The notes beneath the pieces are model-generated. The model searched no databases and had not been told where the DNA came from. It saw only the letters and a list, made by a program, of their open reading frames with translations. From assembly GCF_009914755.1 (NCBI RefSeq), contig NC_060928.1: 64,000 nt of DNA. One strand, 5' to 3'. This document shows, one piece after another, positions 46,416-58,419 of this stretch (within the stretch, counting starts at the first letter, position 1; every line of letters starts with the position of its first letter). The position numbers and the translations under genes are program-made. The DNA is from the human T2T-CHM13v2.0 reference genome, Homo sapiens.

Positions 46416-46567
46416 TGTATTTGCTCTTCTGGAGGAAACGGAAATACTGACAGACGTTGAAGTCACTCTTCCTAATCAGAAGTGACCTGCCAGTAAGCCT
46501 CGTTTGTACCATGAGCTCAGAAGTCTCACATCCAACTGAGATTCAGACTCTAGAACGTGGATCCCAG

Positions 46568-48041
46568 TGAGAGGTGACAAGGTGCTGGTGGCCCTCGCTC
46601 TCTCTCAGCGCCTCTTCAGCCTGGTAGTCTGCTCTGGCAACGCCTGAGGAGCCCTTCAGCCTGCCGCTGCACTGTGGGAGTCCCTCTCTGGGCTGGCCGA
46701 GGCTGGAGCCAGCTCCCTCTGCTGGCAGGGAGGTGTGGAGGGAGAGGCCCGGGCGGGAACCGGGGCTGCGCGCGGTGCCCGCGGGCCAGTGCAAGTTCCA
46801 GGTAGGCATGGGCTTGGCGGCCCTTTACTCAGAGTGACAGGCTGGCACTGCCAGCCCCAGCAGTGAGGGGCTTAGCACCTAGGCCAGCAGCTGCGGAGGG
46901 GGCACCAGGTTCCCTAGCACTGCCGGCCCGCCCGTGCCACACTCGAATTCTCACAGGGCCTCAGCCGCCTCCCCGCAGAGCAGGGCTTGGAACCTGCAGC
47001 CCGCCATGCCCGAGCGGCCCACCCCCGCCGTGATGTGCTCCTGCACCGCCCGAGCCTCCCTGACCGGCACCGCCCCCTGCTCAGGGGCACCGGGTCCCAT
47101 TGACCACCCATGGGCTGAGGAGTGCAGGCGCCGTGTGCGGGTCTGGTGGGCAGCTCCGCCCACGGCCCTGGCACGGGACCCACTAGGCGAAGCCAGCTGG
47201 GCTCCTGAGTGGGGTGGGGACTTGGAGAACTTTTATGTCTAGCTAAAGGTTTGTGAACACACCAATCAGCACTCTGTTTCTAGCTTAAGGTTTGTAAACA
47301 CACCAATCAGCACCCTGTGTCTAGCTAAAGGTTTGTAAATGCACCAATCAGTGTTCTGTGTCTAGATAATCTGGTGAGGACTTGGAAAACTTTTATGTCT
47401 AGCTAGAGGATTGTAAATGCACCAATCAGCACTCTGTGTCTGGCTCAGGGATTGTAAACACACCAATCAGCACCCTGTCAAAAGGGACCAATCAGTTCTC
47501 TGTAAAACAGACCAATCAGCTCTCTGTAAAATGGACCAATCAGCAGGATGTGGGTGGGGCCAGATAAGGGAATAAAAGCAGGCTGCCCCAACCAGCAGTG
47601 GTAACCTGCTCAGGTCTTTTTCCGGTCTGTGGAAGCTTTGTTCTTTTGCTCTTTGCAATAAATTTTGCTGCTGTTTACTCATTGGGCCTGCACTGCCATT
47701 ATGAGCTGTAACCGTCACTTCCTAGACCTGCCGCTTCACCCTTGAGGCCAGCAAGACCACAGACCCACTGGGAGGAATGAACGACTGCGGATGGGAGGAA
47801 TGAATGACTACAGGCGCACCGTCTTAAGAGTTGTAACACTCACCGTGAAGGTATATAGCTTCAGTCCTGAAGCAGCGAGACCACGAACCCACCAGAAGGA
47901 AGAAACTTTGAACATGTCCGAACAGCAGAAGGAACAAACTCCCAACACACCATCTTTAAGTAAACTCTCACACTCACCACGAGGATCTGTGGCTTCATTC
48001 TTGAAGTCAGTGAGACTAAGAACCCACCAATTCCGGACACA
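46568..48041 (+). mobile_element. LTR12 (HERV9) solo LTR, 1474 bp
   Basis: tgagaggtgaca...ccaattccggacaca; perfect CCAG TSD; tandem accaatcagc (NF-Y) units 47261-47545; AATAAAA TATA-like box at 47571. Confidence 0.95.
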
Positions 48042-48296
48042 CCAGGGTCTTGTTCCTCAGTACTCCTTTCCATATTGAGAGGAGCTGGTCCTGCCATTCT
48101 CCCTGAGACTGGCCAGGCATTAAGTATATTTGCAGGCTGAGTATCTTTCTTGTGTTGTATGTTTGTCTCCTCCAGCACTACACATTCTGTGAATCTATGT
48201 ATTTGTAGCCTTTCAAGCAATTAATAAAACACTGATACTTTTGCCTCTGCCTCTGCATCTATTCCGTAGTGAGTTGCATCAAAACAAGACCCAACG

Positions 48297-49173
48297 CTTT
48301 CCCGTGTTGCAAGATGATGAGTGAAAAATTGAGCAGCGGGAAGCTAAGGAAAGAAACCTGTAGCCAAGAAGGCTCATGCCAGTGGCAAGATTAAGAAGGG
48401 TAATCTCAAACCCAAAGAGCCCAGGATGGGGAAGCCCCTCTGTAGCAGAAACCCTGTCCCATCAGGGGTATGGGCAGATATTCCTGACCTGCTTGTAGTC
48501 CAGAAAAGCCATGTACAAGAGGAAGCATTCAGCCGCTAAATCCAGATTTGGAAAAAAAAAAAAAAAATGGTTCTTGCTACTGTCACAAAACCAGCAGAGG
48601 ATGATAAGAATGGAGGTGCCTGGATGGTAAAACTTCCGGAAATGCCTACCTATGTGCCTACTCAAGATGCGCCTTGGAATCATGGAGCCCTGGCAAACAA
48701 AACAAAACCCTTCAGTCAGCACGTGGGAAGGCTGCAGGCAGCCTCACTCCCCCGGGACTGCTCCCATCATCCTCACTGGGCGCCACGGAGTCCAGAGGGT
48801 GGTTTTCCTGAGCTGAGCAGTAATTAGACCTCTGCTTCTCAACTGAGTTCCTCTGTGTGGAACATACTGGAAATGTGTCATCAGCACCTCCATCAAAGTT
48901 GCGATGAGCAGTGTGAAAATCCCCCACATCTGGCTGCTGCACACGCACAGACACCAGGAAGGTGAGCACTTCCACACAGAGAAGGAAATGCGGCTTACAC
49001 AGCAGTGCGAGACAGATCAGAAAGCTGTGGACTCACAAATGCTGCCCCGAACCAAAGCTGTCCCTCAGCTCTAGGGCTACCTTCATTCTGTGTTCTCACT
49101 CACAAACGCAATGTGTCCTGACCAACTGCGGTTCTCAATTTCTTGCAAAGAACCTAATTAAATAATGGATACA
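48297..49173 (+). pseudogene. RPL6: RPL6 processed pseudogene
   Basis: Intronless match from the 5'UTR (tttccc..ttgcaagATG, ATG at 48314) through VLATVTKP..DKNGG..VKL, KPFSQHV and HRGxRVVF to the 3'UTR aagaacctaattaaata. Contains frameshifts, stops and internal deletions. Confidence 0.93.
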
Positions 49174-49525
49174 TTTCAAACCAACCAACCAACCAAGCCT
49201 GGGTGCTTCTTGCAGAAAGCTTCCAGCCCTTTTTGCTGGATGGGAGCCCAGTCCTCACTGCTGCGAGAGGAGCAGGGGCAGAAACAATGAGTGCTGTCCC
49301 CAGCTGCCCCCAGCCAGGCCTCCAGGCCCAACTCCTGCTGCACCTAGGGGGCCGCCACCATGGGCTCCCAGGGACACACGCTTGCTGCCCAAGGGCAGTG
49401 TGAGCAGAAGGGCCTACTCCCTGCAGGCTTCAGGAGAACAAAGGCCCTGATTCAGGGCTGCAGTTTCCTGCTGCTGCTAGCAGAAGGCTGCAGGCCGGGC
49501 TCTCCTACCCAGGCAACATCACACT

Positions 49526-51001
49526 TCTGGCTTTCTTCACTGAGTCCCCAATAAATAGGAGGCTTTGAGCTGCAAAATGTGATGCTGTATTTCATGAAAC
49601 CCCAGAGACCCCAAATGACTGCCCCTGTGCTTCTGAGGGGTTTCTTAAGGGTAGTGTGTTTCCAGGATGAGTTACAATACCTTTTGTCCCACAAGCGAGA
49701 CACTTTTGCATATGTGCCACTCTGGTTCGGCCCGCGAGGCTGTAGCGGGGGCTGACACGTGGTATTTTTGTGGGGAGTCATTGCCATTTGCTTTGACTGA
49801 GACTTTTCGGAGGGCTTTGCTGTCAAATTTTCACTGCGCCTGCACGGTCAGTAAATACCCTCTTCCAGCCTCCTTCCAGGCTAAAAACCAGTGTGGAAAA
49901 GTTTAGTCGTGTGTTTGACGCAACTGCATCTCGTTGCTATGGAAACCCAGGCTGCTACATAAACCTAATTCTATATTCCTCTGGCTTATCCCACTTTTCA
50001 CTAGCAATTTTAAAGGAGATTTTCACCTTCCCTGGGTATTAACCTTTGACTTGGAGACACTAGAGTGGCTTTGTGGATTGTAGAATATCCGTATGCAAGA
50101 ACTCACAAAACCACATCCAAAACAGCCATTTCATAGGCTGTGGTCTCTCGACACGGAGGCCCACTCAGCCAAGAAGACAAGCTCCGTTGAGTCCTTCTCC
50201 AAGAAGGACCAAGAGCACCAGAGAAGGGCCGGCCGGCAGCCCTGTGATGAGAAGCACTCTGGTGGCGCACCCAAGCTGCAAGGACCGTGTCATGATCGAT
50301 GGGCAATGCCTGCCACAGACTTGGGGGCTGCAGAGGCACAGGTTCCCCCGAATCAGACACCATATGTCTACTTCAGAGCAAAGTGTATTCAGTCTGTTAT
50401 TTACTTGGACTCCTAAAGCAAGATGGTAGTAGAAGTTCTTTCTGACCCTCCTAGAGCACAGGACCCTTCTAGAATCAGGTTCCTCTGGTCTTGGGCCTGG
50501 TGTCTCATTCCTTTTATTTGGGTCAAGACATGTGCTTCTGTTGAGCATTTGACACAGACCACTAAGAGCGAGCCCTGATATGAAATGGGGGCCTATTCTG
50601 CCTAGAGCAGGGGCAGAGCCTGTCTGATTTCCCTCTCCTGAAACTGGGGACTCTAGGAGGACTCATTAGGAATGTTTTTGTTGTTACCGTAAGTGAAGGA
50701 AAGCTGACTTGAATTAGCTCAGGCAAAGGTTGAGAGTAAATGGTAGTGATACCCCACCAAAAAAGTCCTGTGGAATCCCCTGCTACAGCCTCAGGGGCTG
50801 GACAACAAGCACACATGCAAAGTCGTCTTGCCTGGCACACAAAAGGTGTTATAAATCATTCTGGAAATACATCACTCTTAAGAAACCCTTCAAAAGCACA
50901 GGGGTAGTAATTTGGAGTCTTTGGGGCTTAAAGAAATACAGTGTCACACTTTTCAGGCTCAAAGCCTCCCATTCATTGGAGACTCAATGAAGAAAAACAG
51001 A
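49526..51001. repeat. Inverted repeat: 269-bp arms (49526-49794 and 50733-51001), ~940-bp spacer
   Basis: Manual reverse-complement alignment, roughly 75-83% identity; similar peptides appear in ORFs 49452-49826(-) and 50730-50990(+). Confidence 0.9.
49933..49946. promoter_or_regulatory. RFX X-box candidate
   Basis: GTTGCTATGGAAAC, a near-palindromic X-box. Confidence 0.5.
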
Positions 51002-51002
51002 G

Positions 51003-51282
51003 AGCCTGGCATGGTGGGTGCCTGTAGACCCAGCTACTCAGGAGGCTGGGGCAGGAGGCCCTCTTGAGCCCAGGAGTTTGAGCCCAGCCTGGGCAACATA
51101 GTGAGACTTGAGAAAAAGGAGGAAGGAAGGAAGGCAGGCAGTGGGGAGGGAGGGAGGGAAGGAAGGAAGGAAGGAAGGAAGGAAGGAAGGCAGGCAGGCA
51201 GGCAGGCAGTGGGGAGGGAGGGAAGGAAGGAAGGAAGGAAGGAAGGCAGGCAGTGGGGAGGGAGGGAGGGAAGGAAGGAAGG
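51003..51282 (+). mobile_element. FLAM/Alu monomer whose tail has become a (GGAA)/(GGCA)/(GGGA) microsatellite
   Basis: gcctggcatggtgggtgcctgtag...gggcaacatagtgagac, then purine repeats with three ggcagtggggagggaggg units. Confidence 0.85.
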
Positions 51283-51381
51283 AGGGAAAATGATCAGAGA
51301 ATAGGGGTTTGACTGCTAACTTGAACATCTGAGTGAGTAAGCTATTCGATCTCTAAATTTCCATGTCCAAATTTTGGCTAT
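51283..51381 (+). repeat. Dispersed direct repeat, copy of 54170-54269
   Basis: 5 differences over ~100 bp by manual alignment. Confidence 0.95.
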
Positions 51382-52032
51382 GGAAGGAGGGAAGGAGGGA
51401 AGGAGTGGGAGTCGGGAGGGGAGTTGTGATGTTGCCTTGTGATGGGAGTGGAGATCTCAATGTGCCTGAAGAGAGGGTCAGGATGCAGTCAGGCCTCAGT
51501 GACCTCTGTCCTGGCAGGACTCTTCTGCCATCTGGAGTCTAGTTCACTCTGTCATTGGCTTCAGACACTCTGTCATTGGCTCTTCTAGATAGCCAACATA
51601 TCTCCATCAGCTCCTGAACCTCCAGCTCCCAATCAGGGGCACTGACTCCGTCCCTTCATTCCAACTCAGAAAAGTGCAGGGAGGGGTTCTCATTGGCCTG
51701 CCTTGGACAAGGAGGCCCTCTGGACTGACCACCATGGCAGTGCTGAAGTGGTCTGGTTGGCCTGACTTGGGTATTATGTGTACAGCTGGATCATGTAGCT
51801 AGGGCAAGGGGCAGGTTTGAGGACCCAGAGCTGCTTCTGGAGGCCCACCCCTAAGTATCAGGCCCTCTAGGAAAAGAGCAGAGTGACCACTGGTCACCCC
51901 TCACTGTGACCACCACCCCAGAAGTCTGGACTGGGCACGGGAAGGGGTGGAGAAACCCTCAGCTTTAGAGTGGGTGAAAGGAGTCAAAACCATCAGAGCC
52001 CCAGGGGAGACTCAAAGTAGCGGCAGGAGCAG

Positions 52033-52220
52033 TAATGATAGCAAAAACAGTGCCATTCGTTGAGCAAGTATCTTGTGCCAAGCACGTAGAAAGCACTTTA
52101 CACGTGCTATTTCTAATCCTTGCAGCAGCCTTGCATGGTAGGTGCTATTGGTCCCGTTTTGCAGTAAGAAAATTAAGACCCACAAACTTTATGAGATGCT
52201 TCTATAGCCTCAGAGCTCAT
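52033..52220 (-). mobile_element. MIR
   Basis: ttgagc..tgtgccaagcac..gcactttaca..taatcct..gtaggtgctatt core. Confidence 0.65.
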
Positions 52221-52542
52221 AAATGCCAGAAATGGTGCTTCCATGAAGGGCCTGGGAAAGGGATGAAGCAGGATGAAGACAGTTGCTCAGGAGGTCACTT
52301 AATGCTCCTGCGACTCCCTGTGGCAAAGGGACTCAGCGAGAAAGAGCCTTTTTGGAGGGATTGTGCAGGGTCTCTGGTGGGGGAGGGAGCTGTAAGAAAA
52401 AGGCAGCCCAGAGGGAGACTGTGTGCTGGACTGGACCTGGAAAGTTTGGTGAGGACCACAGGTTCTTGGATTGCCTGGGACTGTCCTGATTTCACCCGGT
52501 ATTTTGACATATGTGATAATGGCACCCCTTTCATTCACAAAA

Positions 52543-53733
52543 GCAGTGGTGTGCTGGTGAATGTATAAAATAGGGTTTCAAATACATATATACACACACA
52601 TATGCATAATAAAATAATACATATTGCGTATACATATACAATATGCAGTATATATTGTCATGCATATATGCATATACATGTAGTATGTATATGCCATATA
52701 TATACATACAATGTGTGTGAATATATGTCTATGTATACATATATGCAATATGTATTGTATTATGTATATATGCATACACATATAGTATGTATATACTATA
52801 TATACACTATATCTATACATACAGTATGTGTGTGTGAATATATGTGAATATATGTGTATGTATATGCAATGAACTGAATGTTTCTGTCCCCCAAAATTCA
52901 CATGTTGAAATCCTGACCCCCAAAGTTAGGAGATGAGGCCTTGGGGAGGTGATTAGGTCAATGAAGGTGGGCTTTCAGGAATGAGATTAATGCCCTTATA
53001 AAGGAGATCCCAGAGACTCCCTTGCCCCTTCTGCCATGTGAGGACACAGAGAAAAGACACCATGTATGCACCAGGAAACAGGCCCTCATGAGACAGAGAA
53101 TCTGCTAGTGCCCTGATCCTGGGCTTGCTTCCCAGCCTCTCGAACCGTGAGAAACACGTTTCTGTTGTTTCTAGCCCATGCAGTTTATGGTATTTTGTAA
53201 TAGCAGTCTAAAGGGACTATGACAATATATACACACATACATACACATATTTGAGATCAAGGCTGTGTAATACATGATTTACAATCAATAATAAAATATA
53301 TGCTTTTCTTTAATGTAAATTTCACATAGCCATCGATTCTCATAGAATACAATTCTGTGAAAATTTTTGGTTGATTTTTGCTAAAACCTTGTATTCTTAG
53401 TCAACTTGTGGTTGTAATTCAACCATGATTTGTCAAATGGAGATGCATTCCAATCTGCTAATTCTTTTCCCAATAAGTTTATTGTTGCTAAATCTGATAT
53501 GTGCGCTAACGTTAAACAATTTCTCATCCTCATGAAAATCATTTTCATTAAACAGAAACCTCTTTCAGCTGCAGCGCTACTCACTACAATCATGCTGCCT
53601 TCATAGAGTTGCAGGAATCACAGCATCGTCTCAGTGTGCATTATTTAATAACGGATGCGCTTAATACCTGGCTGCAGAAAATTGAGTGATCAGCTCATTG
53701 TGCATTGCCATGAGCAGCCAGGACAACCACACT
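52543..53733. mobile_element. hAT-Tip100 (Zaphod-like) fossil containing (TA/CA)n tract 52580-52865 and MLT1A (52865-53225, +)
   Basis: Starts cagtggtgtgctgg, ends ..accacactg. MLT1A starts tgcaatgaactgaatgtttctgtccccc. Confidence 0.55.
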
Positions 53734-54169
53734 GCTGTAAGAGGGTCCTATTTCTGCCAATAAACCATTGGCTCACCCTACTTTTAGAAGCTCGAATCTA
53801 CTCCCTGTAACTGCAGTGTTGGTGACTGTGACACTGTATTCTTAAGGCACCAGTCAAGGGGAGAGTGGGGGGAAGAAAAGGCTATGGGGTGGGAGCCTGG
53901 CATCCTGTCTGTGACCTGGGCTCTGTGTAACCTGTGCTTGCAGACTTGTAAACCGCTCCTCATGGGTCAACAGACGGGGCCACTGAAGGACAGCATAGGA
54001 GGGGCTGCCCCTGGGAGCCACGTGGACTCTCTAAGGGCTGCAGCCTCTCACCTTCTTAAAGCCAGGGAGAAGACATTCTTACAACTTCCTGTACTTGGAA
54101 AGAATCTGAAGAGTCTGGCTCTACGTATAAAACCAAGTTTATTTCACATTTTTAGAAACCTCACGGTGC

Positions 54170-54269
54170 AGGGAAAATGATCAGAGAATAGGGGTTTCGA
54201 CTGCTAACTTGAACATTTGAGTGAGTAAGCTATTCAATCTCTAAATTTTCATGTCCAAGTTTTGGCTAT
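54170..54269 (+). repeat. Presumed donor copy of the 100-bp direct repeat
   Basis: agggaaaatgatcagagaataggggtttcgactgc...tttggctat in unique flanks. Confidence 0.95.
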
Positions 54270-54690
54270 AAAATGGAAATAACAAGGACACATATACTTA
54301 AAGCATGCAATTATGCGTTAAGTAGCAATCAAGTTGTAGCTAATTAAAAATTGAATGAGAAAATATGCATGAGAGAATCCTTGTAAACAGCAAATGCAAT
54401 TTACACTGTTTAAATTTACCAGTGTTCAAAAGTGGGGGCATCAGTCAGGACAATCAACAGAACCGCTGCTGAAATTCCCACCAAAGCCACACACCAGAGC
54501 TGCAAGAATTGGGTCTTTGTTATGCTTTGAAATTTCCTGTTCGTGATTAGGACAAAGAAAAGATACAAACACTTGAGGCGGTTAAAAAAAAGAAATTCTC
54601 CAAAATTCCAGACAAAAAGCTTAATTTTCTCCAAGCTATTTTTTCCAGTTATTTTATTATTATTTTAGGAGGATGAGTAATGTCAACATA

Positions 54691-54970
54691 GGCCAGACAC
54701 GGGGGCTCATGCCAGCACTTTGGGAGGCCAAGGCAGGCAGTTCACTTGAGGTCAGGAGTTCGAGACCAGCTTGGCCAACATGGTGACACCCTGTCTCTAC
54801 TAAAACTACAAAAATTAGCCGGGCGTGGTGGCACGTGTCTGCAAACCCAACTACTTGGGAGGCTGAGGGAGATAATTGCTTGAACCCGGGAGGCAGGGGT
54901 TGCAATGAGCTGAGATCACGCCACTGCACTACAGCCTGGGAGACAGAGTGAGCACCTAAATAAAAAAAAA
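54691..54970 (+). mobile_element. AluS
   Basis: Alu dimer with small deletions. Confidence 0.9.
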
Positions 54971-55583
54971 TAAAGTAAATAATAATAATCATGTCAATAT
55001 AAACTATTTCCATAATGCTAGTCACCTTTACATTCCAAGATGATTTTTAATTCAGCAACTTTTTGTTGAGCACGCCCTTTGTATCAGGCATGGTCCTAGG
55101 CTCAGGGGATGCCTGACCTTGTAAAGTTCCAAGTGAGTAGCTCTCGAAAAACCACAAATATGTAGATTTTTATGTAAATCAATACTCAGTGTCAGCATCT
55201 AATTTCTGAGTGCTCAGATGTAATAATACTCTCCTGCAAGTTGTAAAACAAACTGGTTGGTGAGGCAATAAGGAGGTGCCCCGGTGTGTAAGAGGAAAGG
55301 ACCCAGCTCCTTTCCTCTTCTGCAGAGGAAGAGGTGCAGAGCTTCTGCTTGCACAAGTCCGCGTTCAATAACACAAAGCAACAGGAGAGGCAAGATTCTG
55401 AGGAGGATTCTGAAAACACCATGCATTACACAAAAATGTGAAGCAAAAGATTGCATACATTTGGGTGGATGGTGGGAAGGGGGCGTTTGCTTGCTTGCTT
55501 TTATCTTAATTCTCCTTCCAAAATGGAATGTTTTCAGTCTTTGCTTGACTACAGCTGCTCACAGAAAACTTAGGACCAGTTAC

Positions 55584-55873
55584 TTTTTTTTTGAGATGGA
55601 GTCTTGCTCTGTCACCAGTGCTGGGTGCAGCAGCACCATCTCAGCTCACTGCAGCCTCTGCTTCCTGGGTTCAACTGATTCTCGTGCCTTGGCCTCCCAA
55701 GTAGCTGGGATTACAGGCGTGCGCCACCACACCTGGCTAATTTTTGTATTTTTAGTAGAGATGGGGTTTCACCATGTTGGCCAGGCCGGTCTGGAACTCC
55801 TGTCCACAAGTGATCTGCCCGCCTCAGCCTCCCAAAGTGCTGGGATTACAGGCGTGAGCCACCACACCTAGCC
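55584..55873 (-). mobile_element. AluS
   Basis: Reverse Alu dimer; TSD ccagtta. Confidence 0.9.
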
Positions 55874-57779
55874 CAGTTATTTCCTTTAATTAACAACATA
55901 ATATTGATGGTCCATAACAAGCCAATAAAAGCAAAAAGACGCCTTGACATTCCACAGATCATAGCTCAATTTGAAACGAATGAAAAACATTTAAATGTAA
56001 ATTAATTTGGTATGTTTGTAATTATTGTCTAAATAGATGAACAAGCCATATTTTACATATATTTCTAATCAATCAAATGACTACAAGAGAAATGACTACA
56101 AGAAAGTCTCTTACCTACTTTTGGGGAGGTTTTTTTTCAAGTACAGTAAGTCCTCACCTAACATCATGAATAGGTTCTTGGAAACTGTGACTGGCAAAAG
56201 TACGAATATAGACAAGATTTACGTACAGGTATGTTCATCCTGTGCTATCCGTTATAGAAGAAATATTGGTTATAAAATTATGTTTGTCAATAGATTTAAA
56301 TATTAGGAAACCATTAAATGTCATGTTTTCAAATGGTAATATCTAGGGACTATACAATATAACGTTTACAAAAATAAACAGGACACAAAACTGTGTTTAT
56401 AATACAATAAATAAAATGTGTTCTATGTAAGATATATAATGTATTTATTATATATAGTATTTGATTAATATATAGTATATTATTTATATATTATAAATAC
56501 ATACACATATATAGAAAAAAGCTGGAGGGAAATACACTCAAAATACTAACAGTAGTTTTCTCTAGGTGGCGGGATTATCAGTGATTTTTATATTCTTCCG
56601 ATTGCTTTTTCTATTTTATCGGTTTTTCCACACGAGCCTGAAGATCTGCCAAAAAGGAAAGAATATGTTGGCCAGGCTGACCCAAGTTTTGTGGTTTCTG
56701 TGACAATTATACTTCTAATTCTAAAATAATAAACTGACATCATTTTTAACATCTTAGATATTTTATTGCAATAAGTAATATATTCATAATGAAAAATTTG
56801 GCAAGTACAGAAAAGTCAGAAGAACTAGGGAGAGAGCTGTGCAAATTTCCACCAGTCAGAAGGAAAGGCTGATACTGACATCCCACAGTTGTCTGAGTCA
56901 TGGGGTATGTTTGCCATGGAAGTGCCTCATGAGCTGCCACTGGGGAGCCTGAGGACTGGCTGGGTCATGCAGTCTGGGTGAGATGCTGCAACAGAAACCA
57001 CCCCCCACTACCAACCAACTTGAATCAATCCCCTTGTACATCATTAGAGTTTCACATAACAGTGCACCTGAAGAAAGGCTCCATCCATGGCAAAACAACA
57101 ACAAAAAAAGCAACCCTTGGTTACCACCATCTTAAGCCTCTTCCCTAAAGCTAAGCATTTAGGTTGCTTCCAGTTTTTCTAACCACAGACTGGAAGCCAG
57201 AATAAATGTCTCTGTATAGTCATCTTTGCTCACATTCTGCCTCTGTGATGGAAATTTCAAGAAAAAAGTAACCATCATTTTCAAAGCTCTTGATATTTTC
57301 AAACTGCCCACACAAAAATCAACCTGTTTACCTCCCATCAACTTGCCCATCTAACCAAACCCTGCATGCATTGAGCACAATGTAAAACAATCTTTAATCT
57401 GATCGATTTAAAATGGAGTCCCTTGTTGTGCCTGTCACATTTTAAGGAATGTGTGTCCCTTGGGGATCTCTTCCAAGAACCCTTCCGCCAGTACAAGCTG
57501 CCATCCCGCCAGCCCCTATGTAGAGGACATGGCACCTTCCCACTAAAATGATGCTGGAGTTCTCCAAGTGGACTTGGGCTTGGATTTTCTTCTCACTAGG
57601 CTCCCAGGCAACCACATGATTGAACTCGCAGAAGGCCAGGCTGTGGAATAAGCTCCCAGGAAAAATGGCAGAAGCCAGGGTCTAACATACCCCGCTTCCC
57701 AAATACTCTAGAGCTAGACTCTGAGAATGGGAAGGCGTCCTGGAGAGCAATCATCTTTGAGGCCTTTGGCTACATAAAT

Positions 57780-58230
57780 TACGGCTTTGACCCCTGGACC
57801 GGAAATAACTCTACCAGTTAATGATACAGCCGGGACCCAAACCTGGTGTCCTGGGAGTCTTAGCCCGGTGACTTCCCCACTACTGGCCTCCAACCCTGGC
57901 ATGACGTCAAACGCAGCAGAAGTGAGTCCTGACCCATCACCCTTCTGTCTGATCACAGACCCTCCACGTAGGGTCCGTCAACATCATCGATATCTAATAA
58001 CAATAAACAAGGCTTCTTGACCGAGGGGGCGAGCGGGGACTGAAATCTTCCTCAAAGACAGGGCCACAGTATAAAAGCAGAAAGAAAACAAACTGGGAGA
58101 GATGCTCCTCAAGCCGGAAGAGCTCTCAGAACTCAATTTTAGAAGTCAGCATGTGAATGGCCACAAGGGGGCGCGCTGTTTCCAAAATCTAGAAACTACA
58201 GTCCTAATCCCCGCGCCCCAACCGGCTTTC
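57780..58230. promoter_or_regulatory. CpG-enriched candidate cis-regulatory element (CTCF, CRE, ETS)
   Basis: TGGCCACAAGGGGGCGCGC at 58158-58176, TGACGTCA at 57902-57909, ACCGGAAAT at 57798-57806, GCCGGAAG at ~58113. Confidence 0.65.
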
Positions 58231-58419
58231 AGCTGAAATGGCTTCAGCTTTAGAACATCAAAGGGCTTGTGGCAAGGATTTGCTCACCAAATCCACTGGC
58301 TCCCATTCAGATTTTGTGCCAACCTACAGTCTACAGCTTGTAGTCACTAGGAGCTAAAGCTTTCAATTTTTGTCCCTAGATTATTGTTTTAAAAGTAAAT
58401 ACGGTACAATGGAGAAATA

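Noticed and set aside
47220-47545. Regularly spaced accaatcagc repeats resembling a CRISPR array
   Set aside because: Standard LTR12 U3 CCAAT tandem units; spacers are related to each other and there are no cas genes.
48567-48827. Functional RPL6 gene
   Set aside because: Intronless, frameshifted, with stops and deletions; a processed pseudogene.
52035-52568. 177-aa ORF
   Set aside because: Begins in a MIR; no recognisable domain or splice context.
52578-52901. Tyr/Ile/Cys-rich ORFs
   Set aside because: Translation of (TA/CA/TG)n low-complexity sequence.
55284-55871. 195-aa ORF and other Alu-derived ORFs (62, 12651, 24568, 35311, 37435, 54660)
   Set aside because: Typical Alu translations (e.g. 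[13 protein letters not shown]).
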